Shown here piece after piece: positions 21,848 to 32,337 of a stretch of 64,000 nucleotides of DNA (position 1 is its first letter; the number at the start of each line of letters is the position of its first letter). Under the pieces are notes generated by a model that saw only the letters and a program-made list of their open reading frames with translations, made no database searches and had not been told where the DNA came from. The stretch comes from an uncultured candidate division Zixibacteria bacterium. Lineage in GTDB: Bacteria > Zixibacteria > MSB-5A5 > GN15 > FEB-12. The stretch covers positions 416,001 to 480,000 of the forward strand of contig CAVTJJ010000004.1 in the NCBI GenBank assembly GCA_963735035.1, in the 5' to 3' direction. The position numbers and the translations under genes are program-made.

Positions 21848-23410
21848 ATGAAGAGGCATTTCACTATTAGCACGATAGTGCTATTTGCGCTTGTCGTGGG
21901 AGTATCTGATGCTGGTGCGGGAGACAATGCTCTGCTTACGAAGAATACTCCGAAGGGCAGAGGTGTCAGCGAGTCTATTACCCCAGCGGGTCGCTTTGGC
22001 CTGGATGCCGCGCGACAATCGGGGTATCGAGGGTCATTGGATATGAAGAGTCTCGAGTCCGTACTCGACAGCGCCACAGGTCTGCCGGTTTTTCGCGCTG
22101 CTGCTCCCAACGATGATCCCAATGATGTCTATTGGGACAATAACCTGGCAGGGGGGACGTCACCATGGATGGGTCTCTCTGGCGTTGTCTATGTCCTTAC
22201 TGAGTACGAAGGCAAACTGATAGTAGGGGGGGCTTTCTCAATGGCTGGCGGTGCTGTGGCCAATTGTATTGCGTCCTGGGATGGAAGCACCTGGACGACA
22301 TTGGGTTCAGGGATGGGTGGATCCGTTCCCTATGTCCTTGCGCTGATCGTTTACGATGGGAAGCTGATAGCTGGAGGGCAATTCACAACAGCCGGTGGAG
22401 TGGCAGCGAACAACATGGCGTCGTGGGACGGGAGCAATTGGTCGCCGCTGGGATCTGGGTTGGGAGGGGCAACTTCCGCGGTCATTGACCTGACTGTTTA
22501 CGACGGAAGATTGATAGCTGGTGGCGAGTTCACAATGGCCGGAGACGAGGCGGTGAACAACATTGCCTTCTGGGATGGGAGCGGTTGGATGCCATTAGGG
22601 TCAGGGGTCGGAGGATCTACTTCCTCGATCTACGGCCTGACCGTTTTCAACGGGAGACTCATGGCAGGAGGCAACTTCACAATTGCCGGAGGTGTGGACG
22701 TGAACCACATAGCGTCCTGGGATGGGAACGGTTGGTCACCCATTGGGCTGGGTATGAATGATGAGGTCTATGTTCTGGCCGAGTACGATGGGAAGCTGTT
22801 CGCGGGTGGCGCTTTCACAATGGCCGGTGGAGTGATGGCAAGCAAAATGGCGTATTGGGATGGGAACAATTGGTCTTCGGTGGGCTCAGGGATAGATGGA
22901 TCTACTTCCACTGTCACTGACCTGACCGTTTACGACGGGAGGCTGATAACCGCAGGCATCTTCACAAAGGCTGGTGACGTGCCGGTGAACAACATAGCGT
23001 CATGGGATGGGAGCGGGTGGTATCCGTTGGGATCGGGAATGGATTATCGGGTCTCTGCGCTGACTCTGTACAACGGAAGCCTGACTGCGGGAGGCGCGTT
23101 CGAAATTGCGGGAAGCAAGATGTCGTTCTATCTGGCGCAATGGTCGAAGAGATGTTGTTCAGGTCGGGTAAGTGATGCAAATCAGAGCGGGGATGATGAG
23201 CCAACGATAGGCGATGTCTCGATCATGATTGATGCCAAGTTCATTACTGGTGCCTGCGGCGGCATTATGACATGTTTGTCCGAGGCCGATATCAATCAAT
23301 CGGGGGGTTCGGAACCGACCTGTGATGACATTACGATCGGCGACATCTCAGCCCTGATCGACTACCTGTTCATCACTGGTTCTTCAAAGGGGCTGCCGAA
23401 CTGTCTGTAG
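21848..23410 (+). CDS. Secreted repeat (beta-propeller-like) protein with C-terminal dockerin-like domain
   Basis: About six repeats of V.AL.VYDGKLIAGG.FT.AGGV.ANNIASWDGS.WSPLGSG. C-terminus CCSGRVSDANQSGDDEPTIGDVS...ADINQSGG...ITIGDISALIDYLF. Confidence 0.85.
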   Translation: MKRHFTISTIVLFALVVGVSDAGAGDNALLTKNTPKGRGVSESITPAGRFGLDAARQSGYRGSLDMKSLESVLDSATGLPVFRAAAPNDDPNDVYWDNNLAGGTSPWMGLSGVVYVLTEYEGKLIVGGAFSMAGGAVANCIASWDGSTWTTLGSGMGGSVPYVLALIVYDGKLIAGGQFTTAGGVAANNMASWDGSNWSPLGSGLGGATSAVIDLTVYDGRLIAGGEFTMAGDEAVNNIAFWDGSGWMPLGSGVGGSTSSIYGLTVFNGRLMAGGNFTIAGGVDVNHIASWDGNGWSPIGLGMNDEVYVLAEYDGKLFAGGAFTMAGGVMASKMAYWDGNNWSSVGSGIDGSTSTVTDLTVYDGRLITAGIFTKAGDVPVNNIASWDGSGWYPLGSGMDYRVSALTLYNGSLTAGGAFEIAGSKMSFYLAQWSKRCCSGRVSDANQSGDDEPTIGDVSIMIDAKFITGACGGIMTCLSEADINQSGGSEPTCDDITIGDISALIDYLFITGSSKGLPNCL

Positions 23411-23506
23411 ATTTAGGTAGGGCAGGATCGAATACGAACTGTCCGCCAAGTGTTGAGATTGCCACGGTCGCCAAGGGCGGCCCCGCAATGACAGATGCGA
23501 GGACTC

Positions 23507-25102
23507 TTATTTCACAGGCTTGCGGATAACATCCAACAGCGTCCCGTCACGCCATTCAATCAGGTGCACAACTTCGTCAGTGGTCTCTGATATAGGTGGT
23601 GTGATGCCGAATCCCGCCGCCTTCTCAAGCGACTTCAGATGCAGTTCCTCAATCGTCACCAGATTGACACCGAAATCCTTCGCCCAGTCCAGGATGGCGC
23701 TCTTATAGCTACTTCGGCTCTTCGGGTTGACCGCAACGTATTCTTCCGTGACAACCACATCGATCACTTCACCGGGTGTCGTTCGCGTGTAGACCTTCTC
23801 GACCACTTTGGGGAATCCCTTACCGTCTTTCCCGGTGGCAAGAGGTAGGAATATGATAGTCAGGTCGGCTCCCGCCGCGACATCCTGGCCGCCGCCGATT
23901 CCGCCGATGATTCGCCCGCCCGCGCAGACGGTGTTCAGATTAAATTCAAGATCGACCTCCAACGCCGACAACACCGCCAGATCGAGCATATTGACGGCGG
24001 ATTCTTTGTTGGCGACCGACGCATAGTAGCCGGTAGTAATCTCGTGATGATTCGGATTGGTGCGGAACGACTCAAACAGCTTGTCGCTGGGCTCGAACAA
24101 TTGACCGTGCATGAGATGGTGGATCGTGCCCTCATTGAGCATGTCGACATGCAATCCGGTGATACCGCCGATTGAGAAATTAGCGCGAATGTTCCCCTGT
24201 TTGAGCATCTCGCGGATGTTTTCGAGAACGATTAGCCCGGCGCCCGAGCCGACCTGGAAGGCGAAATTATCTTTCACCACCCCGGCCGCTTTCATGATTC
24301 GAGTCACATTCTCCGCGACTTGAGCGTTGAATTTGTTCGCACGCGCCTTGGCGACATCGAGAGTGCCTTCGCTGATGCCGGAATTCAGGCCGGGGGGATC
24401 CATCGGCACGACAAAATCCACCCACTCCATAGAGATAGGAGTCGGCATGACGAGGGAGTCGCTCACCGTCCCGGCCAGCAGACATACATATTCGGCGGCT
24501 TCAGCGTCGGCGGTGAATAGTCCCAGCGGGCCGCACAGATGTTCCTTCTTGCCGTAGAGGCCGTTGGCGTTGCCGTGGATATCGGCAATCGGCACCGGAC
24601 CGAAGGCGACTTTCACTTTCACTTCGCCGGTCTGAAGCTTGCGCACCCGGTTGCCGTGGGAGAAACCGACACTGACCCAGGGGAGCAGCCCGCCTTTTAC
24701 AATGTAGTCACCCATCTTGCGATATGGGTTGCCGTAAAGCCCGGTGATAATCCCATCATGGGCGGCGTCGATCAGCCAGGGATCGACATGATCGAACAAC
24801 GCGTTGGCGTAGAGCTTGATATTATGCTTATTGTGTTCGCGTAGCTTCCCGACAATTGCTTCGAGACCCTTGTCGCCCAGGCGATAATAGTGGGGATACG
24901 AGATCGTGTCGCCATCGTTGAGGATTTCAATGACCGCGTCGAGTGTAGTAACTTTGCTCCGGCGATATGGAATAGTTTTGGCGACCGGACGGCCGAGCAT
25001 TCGTTCGTTGTAGGAGTGGGGGGAGAAAGCTCCTTCGAACGGGCGATAGACGTGGCCATTAAAGGTCAGGTCGGAAGTGTGAGCGAGTTTAGTGGTCGAC
25101 AT
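23507..25102 (-). CDS. citF: Citrate lyase alpha subunit (CitF)-like CoA/ACP transferase
   Basis: DGDTISYPHYYRLGD, SHGNRV...GEVKVKVAF...ADIHGNANG...CGPLG, FQVGSG, LSALEVDLEFNLN, GGGQDVAAGA, TTPGEVIDVVVTE, IEWRDGTLLDVI. Confidence 0.8.
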   Translation of the reverse strand: MSTTKLAHTSDLTFNGHVYRPFEGAFSPHSYNERMLGRPVAKTIPYRRSKVTTLDAVIEILNDGDTISYPHYYRLGDKGLEAIVGKLREHNKHNIKLYANALFDHVDPWLIDAAHDGIITGLYGNPYRKMGDYIVKGGLLPWVSVGFSHGNRVRKLQTGEVKVKVAFGPVPIADIHGNANGLYGKKEHLCGPLGLFTADAEAAEYVCLLAGTVSDSLVMPTPISMEWVDFVVPMDPPGLNSGISEGTLDVAKARANKFNAQVAENVTRIMKAAGVVKDNFAFQVGSGAGLIVLENIREMLKQGNIRANFSIGGITGLHVDMLNEGTIHHLMHGQLFEPSDKLFESFRTNPNHHEITTGYYASVANKESAVNMLDLAVLSALEVDLEFNLNTVCAGGRIIGGIGGGQDVAAGADLTIIFLPLATGKDGKGFPKVVEKVYTRTTPGEVIDVVVTEEYVAVNPKSRSSYKSAILDWAKDFGVNLVTIEELHLKSLEKAAGFGITPPISETTDEVVHLIEWRDGTLLDVIRKPVK

Positions 25103-25198
25103 ATTTCAGCCTCACGGAGTTCAGATCTTCAAGGCTGAAATCTACGATACCCGACTTGACTTGGCAAGGGACGTGGACGATGGGTCGTCCAACTAATC

Positions 25199-25627
25199 CT
25201 AGCTTATCTCGACCAATTCGATCTCGAATATCAGCGTTTCGCCCGCCAGATGATGGTTGGCGTCGAGCGTGACATTGTCCCCGTCTATTTTCGTCACCCG
25301 AAGTTCGACCGGACGACCGTCTTCATCTTCGGTCTGAAGTTCCTGTCCGATCTCCGGAACGATTTCGGGCGGAAATTGGCTTCGATGTACTACTGTCACC
25401 AGACGCGGTTGATGCGGGCCGTAGGCTTCATCGGGGGGGATTTCGACCGTGCGGGTTTCGCCGAGGGTCATGCCGATGACCCCGTTCTCGAACCCAGGGA
25501 TCAACTGACCGCGGCCGAGCGTGAACGCGAGCGGCTCGCGTTCTATGGAGGAGTCAAACACCTCGCCCGATTTCAGCCGACCGGTATAATGTACTTTGAT
25601 GTTGTCGCCGTTTTTGACTTGTGACAT
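25199..25627 (-). CDS. FKBP-type peptidyl-prolyl isomerase (SlyD/FkpB-like, no His-rich tail)
   Basis: VHYTGRLKSGEVFDSS, LIPGFE, PPDEAYG, LDANHHLAGETLIFEIEL. Confidence 0.92.
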   Translation of the reverse strand: MSQVKNGDNIKVHYTGRLKSGEVFDSSIEREPLAFTLGRGQLIPGFENGVIGMTLGETRTVEIPPDEAYGPHQPRLVTVVHRSQFPPEIVPEIGQELQTEDEDGRPVELRVTKIDGDNVTLDANHHLAGETLIFEIELVEIS

Positions 25628-25871
25628 GAAATTCTCCGGTTTCGTTTCCGCCTATCGAAGTCGGATTCCGTATGGTCTCTCTACTCTTCTTACCCCACAT
25701 AACGGGTGGGATGCTTGAGAATGGGCGGTGCTTTCGTTTATGTCAAACCAACCCGTTGGGTGGAGTACTGTTCTGGAGGTCCGTTCTCAATCATGCTTAC
25801 CCACAGCAAGCTGTGGGGTACCGTGAATCATCACGATTTAGTGCACCGCTACAATTGTCGTTTCAATCGAC

Positions 25872-27131
25872 TTACGTCCCCATATCCCACGAATTGAGAT
25901 ACTTCTTCTGCTCGGGGGTCAGATGGTCAATCGTGATCCCCATCGACTTCAATTTCAGTCGCGCGATTTCGCGATCGATCTCTTCCGGGACGTTGTACAC
26001 CTGGTGTTTCAACTTGTCGTGAAAGCGGACCACATATTCGGCTGAGAGGGCCTGATTCGCGAAAGACATATCCATCACCATCGCGGGATGTCCCTCGGCA
26101 GCGGAAAGATTCACCAGGCGGCCTTCGGCCAGCAGGCAGACCCGTTTCTTGCCGACTTTGTACTCCACAACATTCGGGCGGAGAGGGGTCATGCTGGACG
26201 AAGCCTTCTCTAGCGCCGGGATATCGATCTCGGCGTTGAAATGCCCCGAGTTCGCCAGTACGACACCGTCTTTCATCTTCTTGATATGTTCTATGCGAAT
26301 GACGTTTAGATTGCCTGTCAGGGTAATGAACAAATCGCCCAGCGGGGCCGCTTTGGCCATCGACATGACATTGTACCCGTCCATGGCTGCCTCTATGGCT
26401 TTCACCGGGTCGATCTCGGTGACGATCACATTCGCACCCATGCCTTTGGCGCGGACGGCCAGACCACGGCCGCACCAACCATAACCCGCCACCACCACGG
26501 TAGAGCCGGCGATAAGCATGTTGGTAGCGCGCAGAACGCCGTCGATGGTAGACTGGCCGGTGCCGTAGCGATTATCGAAGAAATGCTTGGTCTTGGAATT
26601 GTTCACCGCAATCACGGGAAACTCCAGCGCGCTGTCGGCGGCCATTGCGTTGAGGCGAATCACCCCGGTTGTGGTTTCTTCAGTGCCGGCCAGGACGTTC
26701 TCGATCAGCTTCCGTCGGCTCTGATGCAAGGTCGATACGAGATCGCAGCCGTCGTCCATGGTCAGGTGAGGCTTCGTATCTAACGCTTGATTAATATGCT
26801 TGTAGTACGTCTTGTTGTTCTCGCCGTGAATGGCATAGACCGGGACACCAAAGTGTTTGACCAGCGCGGCCGCATTGTCATCCTGAGTAGAAAGCGGATT
26901 GGACGCACACAGAGTGACTTTGGCTCCGCCCGCCTGAAGGGTCCGCATCAGGTTTGACGTTTCAGTAGTCACGTGCAAACAGGCCGCGATATTCAACCCC
27001 TGAAGTGGCTTTTCTTTGGCGAACCTTTCACGGATCAAACGAAGCACCGGCATGGACCGCTCGGACCACTCGATCTTCTTCTTACCGGCGTCGGCCAGTT
27101 TGATGTCTTTGATATCGTATCCCAATGCCAT
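25872..27131 (-). CDS. ahcY: Adenosylhomocysteinase
   Basis: [61 protein letters not shown]. Start set at MALGYD directly after metK. Confidence 0.97.
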   Translation of the reverse strand: MALGYDIKDIKLADAGKKKIEWSERSMPVLRLIRERFAKEKPLQGLNIAACLHVTTETSNLMRTLQAGGAKVTLCASNPLSTQDDNAAALVKHFGVPVYAIHGENNKTYYKHINQALDTKPHLTMDDGCDLVSTLHQSRRKLIENVLAGTEETTTGVIRLNAMAADSALEFPVIAVNNSKTKHFFDNRYGTGQSTIDGVLRATNMLIAGSTVVVAGYGWCGRGLAVRAKGMGANVIVTEIDPVKAIEAAMDGYNVMSMAKAAPLGDLFITLTGNLNVIRIEHIKKMKDGVVLANSGHFNAEIDIPALEKASSSMTPLRPNVVEYKVGKKRVCLLAEGRLVNLSAAEGHPAMVMDMSFANQALSAEYVVRFHDKLKHQVYNVPEEIDREIARLKLKSMGITIDHLTPEQKKYLNSWDMGT

Positions 27132-27133
27132 GC

Positions 27134-28303
27134 TTATGCGTCCTTTGCCAGTTTTGCTGCCACGTTGGTATCTTCCCAGGTGAAACTCTTTTCGGTGCGT
27201 CCGAAGTGCCCATAGGCGGCCGTCAGACGGAATTTCGGCTCGCGCAGTTTGAGCGTCTTGATAATCCCACGCGGGGTGAGATCGAAATGTTTGAGGATCA
27301 ATTGTGCGATTCGCTTCTCCGGAACCTGATGGGTGCCGTCGCAGAAAACCATCAGCGATACCGGTTTGGCGACCCCAATTGCATACGCCACCTGTATCGT
27401 GCACTTGGTGGCCAATCCTGATGCGACCACGTTCTTGGCGATGTACCGCGCCATGTACGACGCCGATCGGTCAACCTTGGTGGCGTCTTTCCCTGAGAAA
27501 GCGCCGCCGCCGTGTGATGCAAACCCGCCGTAAGTATCGACAATGATCTTACGTCCGGTCAGGCCGACATCGGAGATCGGGCCGCCGGTAACGAACTTGC
27601 CGGTCGGGTTGACGAAATACTTGGTCTTGCTGTCCAGCATCTTCTTCGGGATGACCGGGAGAACGACCTGTTCGATTATTTCTTCGCGGGCTTTGTTGGT
27701 GATCTTCTTGCCGGTCCGGTCGAGGATATCCTCGGAGTGCTGTGCGGACACGACTACCGCTTCGATCCGACTCGGTTTGCCGTCGACATACTCAATAGTA
27801 ACCTGGGACTTGCCGTCGGGGCCGAGGTAGGGGAGAATCTCCTGCTTGCGCACTTTGGCCAGACGGCGCGTGAGGCCGTGAGCCAACATGATCGGCATGG
27901 GCATTAGCTCTTTGGTTTCACGACAGGCAAAGCCGGTCATCAGACCCTGGTCGCCGGCGCCCCCTTTGTCGACTCCCTGCGCAATATCGCCAGACTGTCG
28001 GCCGATAGCGTTCAGGATAGCGCAGGTGTCGTGCGTGAAACCGTACTCACGACGGTCATAACCCACGTCCTTAATGACCCCACGGACGATATGATCCGTG
28101 TCGACGTAGCCGGTTGTCGTTATCTCGCCGCCTACTATGACCAGACGCCCCGTGACAAATGTCTCGCAGGCCACCCGACAATTGGGGTCCTGGGACAGGA
28201 GTTCGTCGAGGAAGGCGTCCGAAATCTGGTCCGCCAGCTTGTCCGGATGCCCTTCGGTGACCGATTCTGATGTAAAGAGGAAATTCCCTTTAGACATTCC
28301 CAT
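27134..28303 (-). CDS. metK: S-adenosylmethionine synthetase
   Basis: [54 protein letters not shown]. Confidence 0.98.
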   Translation of the reverse strand: MGMSKGNFLFTSESVTEGHPDKLADQISDAFLDELLSQDPNCRVACETFVTGRLVIVGGEITTTGYVDTDHIVRGVIKDVGYDRREYGFTHDTCAILNAIGRQSGDIAQGVDKGGAGDQGLMTGFACRETKELMPMPIMLAHGLTRRLAKVRKQEILPYLGPDGKSQVTIEYVDGKPSRIEAVVVSAQHSEDILDRTGKKITNKAREEIIEQVVLPVIPKKMLDSKTKYFVNPTGKFVTGGPISDVGLTGRKIIVDTYGGFASHGGGAFSGKDATKVDRSASYMARYIAKNVVASGLATKCTIQVAYAIGVAKPVSLMVFCDGTHQVPEKRIAQLILKHFDLTPRGIIKTLKLREPKFRLTAAYGHFGRTEKSFTWEDTNVAAKLAKDA

Positions 28304-28347
28304 GCTCCTTTACCGTAGAAACCCGACCCGACCCGGCGGGCCGCTTT

Positions 28348-29322
28348 TTATACCGATTCAACCTCCGATGAGTCCCCGAGATTGGCAACCAGGCAGCCCC
28401 CGCGAAGTTTGACATTGTCGCCGATCAACGAGTCCTTGAGGATCGCATTTTCGATCGTGCAGTTCTTACCGATTATCGAATTGGCAATATGTGAATTTCG
28501 AATGACAGCCCCGTCCGAAATCGACGCCGCCGGCCCGATTTCGGAATTTATGATCTGGGCGCCCGGGTGAATGAACACCGGGCTTTTGATGATGGAACCG
28601 GGGAAGCTCGAATTCTGCCCGAGTTCTTCCACGAGATAGCGATTGGTGGAAAGCAGCGTTTCTTTCTTGCCGCAGTCAAACCATTCGCGCACTTCGTACG
28701 GGACCATGTCAATCCCCTTGTCCAGCATCAACTGAAGCGCGTCGGTGAACTGAATCTCGCCCCGAGTGAGTCGGCCGGATTCGACATGACCGGAAAGCGC
28801 TTCTTTCAACGGGGCGACATCGCGGAAATAATACAGCCCGATTATGGCCAGATTACTCTGCGGATTCTCCGGCTTCTCGATCAGCCGTACGATCCGGCCG
28901 TCTTTCACCGTCACAATACCGAACCGGCAGGGATCGTTCACCGGGAGAACGCCGATGACATTGTTGCCGGCCTTGGAGAATTTGACCAGATCGCAGCGCA
29001 CGATGGTATCGCCGAGGACTACAAGAACGTCGCCGGAGTCGATATCGCTGACCGCCTGGTACAAGGCGTAGCCCAGACCGAGCAACTTTGCCTGCGGGAT
29101 GAAAGTGGTCTTGACCGAGTAATTCTGCCGGACATACTGCTGGATACGCTCGCCCATGTAGCCGATGACGAAGATGATTTCTTCCGGCTGTAGCTTGACG
29201 ATCGGATCGAGCAGATGGGCAATAATCGGCTTGCCGCCTACCTCCAGCAACGGTTTGGGCTGCGAGAAGGTATGCGGTCGGAGCCGGGTGCCGGCACCTG
29301 CCACCGGTATGACAACTTTCAT
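28348..29322 (-). CDS. Sugar-phosphate nucleotidyltransferase with hexapeptide tail
   Basis: IPVAGAGTRLRPHT..PKPL, LGD, EKP, GEIQFTDAL, WFDCG. Confidence 0.88.
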   Translation of the reverse strand: MKVVIPVAGAGTRLRPHTFSQPKPLLEVGGKPIIAHLLDPIVKLQPEEIIFVIGYMGERIQQYVRQNYSVKTTFIPQAKLLGLGYALYQAVSDIDSGDVLVVLGDTIVRCDLVKFSKAGNNVIGVLPVNDPCRFGIVTVKDGRIVRLIEKPENPQSNLAIIGLYYFRDVAPLKEALSGHVESGRLTRGEIQFTDALQLMLDKGIDMVPYEVREWFDCGKKETLLSTNRYLVEELGQNSSFPGSIIKSPVFIHPGAQIINSEIGPAASISDGAVIRNSHIANSIIGKNCTIENAILKDSLIGDNVKLRGGCLVANLGDSSEVESV

Positions 29323-29514
29323 ATGCGCTCCCAAGTCATAGACCGCCAAGGTAGGCAATGACTCAACGGCTGACAAGAGGCAATCTCATAGCCGGTACTA
29401 AGAGCAGTTCGAGATCGCTACGGTCCGCCGCGAGCCTCGCGATGATCGGTTTCGGGGCGATTTGTTAGGCTCTACTTCGGGGCGGATAAAAGCCCGAAGG
29501 GATGAAAACGAGGT

Positions 29515-30177
29515 CTACTTACCCAATCCCGTTGTGTCGGCCAATCCCGCGCGTGCCAGCAGGACCCGGTCGGCCTCGGACTGCCCGGCCAGAGATGTCG
29601 GGGTTAGCAGGCCGGTGGCAGCCTTCTGAATCTCAGGGGTGAGATAGGTCCTAAAGAATTGCTGGGAGAGAGTGTCGCCTAACATGAACCGACGGGCGGT
29701 ACCAAGAACAACGTCCAGACTTCGAAAATCACCCGCCAGAGCGGCCGGACTGAAAGTCGAGTCGGCTTTGGCGCTCAGCCAGCTCCCGAAAAGTCCGGAC
29801 ATACGGCGTGACACGGTGTCTTCGGGGCGGGCCAGCGCGTCGAGATGGTAATACTCGGCGGCCAATGTATATGACCCGATGCCCTGCTTTGAAAGACTGT
29901 CAGCCCTGGCTCGAAACAGATTCCCCATGTTGCCGATTGCCTGTTTCCACTCCGGACGGTCGAGCAGGTCGCCGTGGTCGGTTAGCAGGTTGCCGAATGC
30001 CTGGGTGATCGCCTCGGAGCCGTAGAGCGTCCCGTTTTCGATCTGACGGATCAATTCCACCGCTTCGGGCGGGAAATTGGCCGGATTGTTGTCGGTGTCA
30101 TAAACGGCGTGGGTCTTCTCCTGACTGCACGCCATCAGGAGGGGGAAGAGCGCCAGTATGAGCAGCTTAAGCTTCAT
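29515..30177 (-). CDS. Hypothetical lipoprotein
   Basis: Lipobox LMAC after a hydrophobic stretch. Confidence 0.7.
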   Translation of the reverse strand: MKLKLLILALFPLLMACSQEKTHAVYDTDNNPANFPPEAVELIRQIENGTLYGSEAITQAFGNLLTDHGDLLDRPEWKQAIGNMGNLFRARADSLSKQGIGSYTLAAEYYHLDALARPEDTVSRRMSGLFGSWLSAKADSTFSPAALAGDFRSLDVVLGTARRFMLGDTLSQQFFRTYLTPEIQKAATGLLTPTSLAGQSEADRVLLARAGLADTTGLGK

Positions 30178-30212
30178 CTAATTTGTCCCATGATACGACT
30201 TATACAAACCTG

Positions 30213-30839
30213 CTACAGAAACGAACCGATCCAGTCGGTTATCAGGAATTGAACCCGTCCGATCAAGAGCGAAACACGTCCCATGACCGTATATCCGAAA
30301 TGTGCGCCGAACGCGATCATAATAAACCAGATGCCGACCTTCGCCGTTACACCCAATGCGCCTTTGTGCTCTTTGGAAAAGTAGAAGTAAATCAGGGTGG
30401 AGAGCACGCCGACCACCACGATGATCGACAGCAGCGTGGCGCCGAACCCGTTGCCGCCGTTGAGTGGCAGCATGGTATCCTGCATCTGCGGCAGGACCCG
30501 GCCATGAAGCTCCGAGATCAGGAATATGCCGGCGGTCGTGCCCATGACAAACGCCAGCGGTGTGCGCGAGATCCAGGAGTATTTACCGGAAAGCCGGGCA
30601 AACATCATAATACCTAGAACGCCGGGAACGAATTTCCACCATTGCCCGCCGAGCATGGGGTCCCATAATTGCTGGATAACGATGGTATCCCAGATCAAGC
30701 CGACTTGATATCCGGCGGTCAGTCCGGCGAAAATATGTTCGGCCACCCGGTAAACCGGGTTGTCCTTATACATGAACGAGAATAAGGCCAGCGTCAGAAA
30801 CGCCCCCAGCCACAACTGGAAGATTTCGAAGCCGCTCAT
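30213..30839 (-). CDS. Conserved hypothetical membrane protein (DUF6754 cluster)
   Basis: LTLALFSFMYKDNPVYRVAEH...MIAFGAHFGYTVMGRVSLLIGR, multi-TM, overlaps the upstream gene by 4 bp. Confidence 0.8.
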   Translation of the reverse strand: MSGFEIFQLWLGAFLTLALFSFMYKDNPVYRVAEHIFAGLTAGYQVGLIWDTIVIQQLWDPMLGGQWWKFVPGVLGIMMFARLSGKYSWISRTPLAFVMGTTAGIFLISELHGRVLPQMQDTMLPLNGGNGFGATLLSIIVVVGVLSTLIYFYFSKEHKGALGVTAKVGIWFIMIAFGAHFGYTVMGRVSLLIGRVQFLITDWIGSFL

Positions 30840-31672
30840 AAGAGGCCTCGCTTCCGACGGCTGCGGGCGACAAACATCCCGACATTCCCAAGTACAACCA
30901 GGCCGATAATCAGCAGATGCACCATCGATTGGGACTGCATACCCTTCGTGGCGACAGCCTCTTTGCCGATCAGATGTTCGTATTCAGCCGCACCGCGCAT
31001 TCCGCCCAACAGACCGACAAACTGGCCCGACGACACATAGGCGTAGAACTTGGGCGCCTGAACCGCCGCCCCGCCACAACCAATGGGTGTGCCGTATTGG
31101 GCGTGTACGATTGAGACCCAGTAATCGGCGGTGGCGTTGTCGGCAATCTCGAAGATGAAGGAGATATTGCTGTAATTCTTTACCGAGTCCATGAGCGGAA
31201 GTTTCGAAAGCGGTGTGCCGCTGTTGTCGGTCGGGAAGATCGATTCGATTGACTGGCCCATGCCGGACAGTACCGCCACGTAACCATACTTGAAGCCCAG
31301 ATTCACATAGTCCACACCGTATGTTTTGCCGTACTGTGAGGCCATCATCCGCGTGACCCGCTCGGCCATCGACGGCCCCCCGGTGGGAATGTTGGACAGG
31401 GTAACGACCCTGCAATTCTTGCGGAAGAAGTGATGAAGAGCAGCTACCGCAATCGGCTCGCACTCGGCAATGGTCGACGGATAATAGTCGAATACGAGCA
31501 TGACATTGCTTCCGTTGGGGAGCTTCTCCACCGCGTCGTAAAGCGATTGCGCTTCAGGGGTGATGCTTATCGGCATTGGAGTAGGAAACAGAAACGGCAT
31601 GATCACTGCCACCGCCACGGCCAGATAAATCCAGCGACGGTCGATCTTCTCCATTTTCTGCCAGAACGACAT
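30836..31672 (-). CDS. Conserved hypothetical membrane-anchored protein (DUF6754 cluster)
   Basis: DRRWIY, YGVDYVNLGF, SGQFVGLLGGMRGAAEYE. Confidence 0.8.
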   Translation of the reverse strand: MSFWQKMEKIDRRWIYLAVAVAVIMPFLFPTPMPISITPEAQSLYDAVEKLPNGSNVMLVFDYYPSTIAECEPIAVAALHHFFRKNCRVVTLSNIPTGGPSMAERVTRMMASQYGKTYGVDYVNLGFKYGYVAVLSGMGQSIESIFPTDNSGTPLSKLPLMDSVKNYSNISFIFEIADNATADYWVSIVHAQYGTPIGCGGAAVQAPKFYAYVSSGQFVGLLGGMRGAAEYEHLIGKEAVATKGMQSQSMVHLLIIGLVVLGNVGMFVARSRRKRGLL

Positions 31673-31675
31673 CGC

Positions 31676-32335
31676 TCAACTCTTCCCCAGATACGTTCGT
31701 TCGATGCCGAGAATGATGCGGAGCGACATGGAGGCGGCTCCCAAGGCGGCACCGATGATAATTCCGCGCTGCACGGCCATGTTGACCCCGTTCATGACAT
31801 ATTTATTGAGAAGCTCGGGGAGGTGACCGGGGAATAGATTCAGGAAATATTCACCCAGCGGTACACGCCACAACATGATCAAGACGGCGGTGATGAGCAG
31901 CAGGGTGGCTTCTGCGTTACGGGCACGGAAGGCGCGGTAGGCGGCCGACGCTATATAGAAGGCCAGCGACGCAAACATGGTCGCCATCATCGGGGCCTGC
32001 ATCTGGTTGAACATCCAATCGTACATTGACCCTTCGCCCCGACCTAAGAGCGGCGACCACGTCGAGGGCAACACGCCGGGGATCGCCATGGCGAATACCG
32101 ACACCAATGTGAGGACCTTGTAACCCCAACCATCTTTCTTGCGAGCCACGGCCGTCGAGTTCACTCTCACGAGCGAAACTACGCCGAGGAGCAGGGTAAA
32201 CCCGCCCACGATGGTCAGCCAGACCAGGAACTCCTGCTGGATATCCCCTACAATAGTGCCCTCGTGAAAAAAGAATCCAACCACCGAGAGAAGTCCGGCG
32301 ATGAATGCAACTATGAAAGGGACCGTAGTGCGCAT
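31676..32335 (-). CDS. Conserved hypothetical membrane protein (DUF6754 cluster)
   Basis: ATMFASLAFYIASAAYRAFRARN.EATLLL, QRGIIIGAALG...LRIILGIER. Confidence 0.8.
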   Translation of the reverse strand: MRTTVPFIVAFIAGLLSVVGFFFHEGTIVGDIQQEFLVWLTIVGGFTLLLGVVSLVRVNSTAVARKKDGWGYKVLTLVSVFAMAIPGVLPSTWSPLLGRGEGSMYDWMFNQMQAPMMATMFASLAFYIASAAYRAFRARNAEATLLLITAVLIMLWRVPLGEYFLNLFPGHLPELLNKYVMNGVNMAVQRGIIIGAALGAASMSLRIILGIERTYLGKS

Positions 32336-32337
32336 GT

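Noticed and set aside
28304..28347. SAM or SAH riboswitch before metK/ahcY
   Set aside because: The gap is only about 44 bp and shows no recognisable aptamer core.
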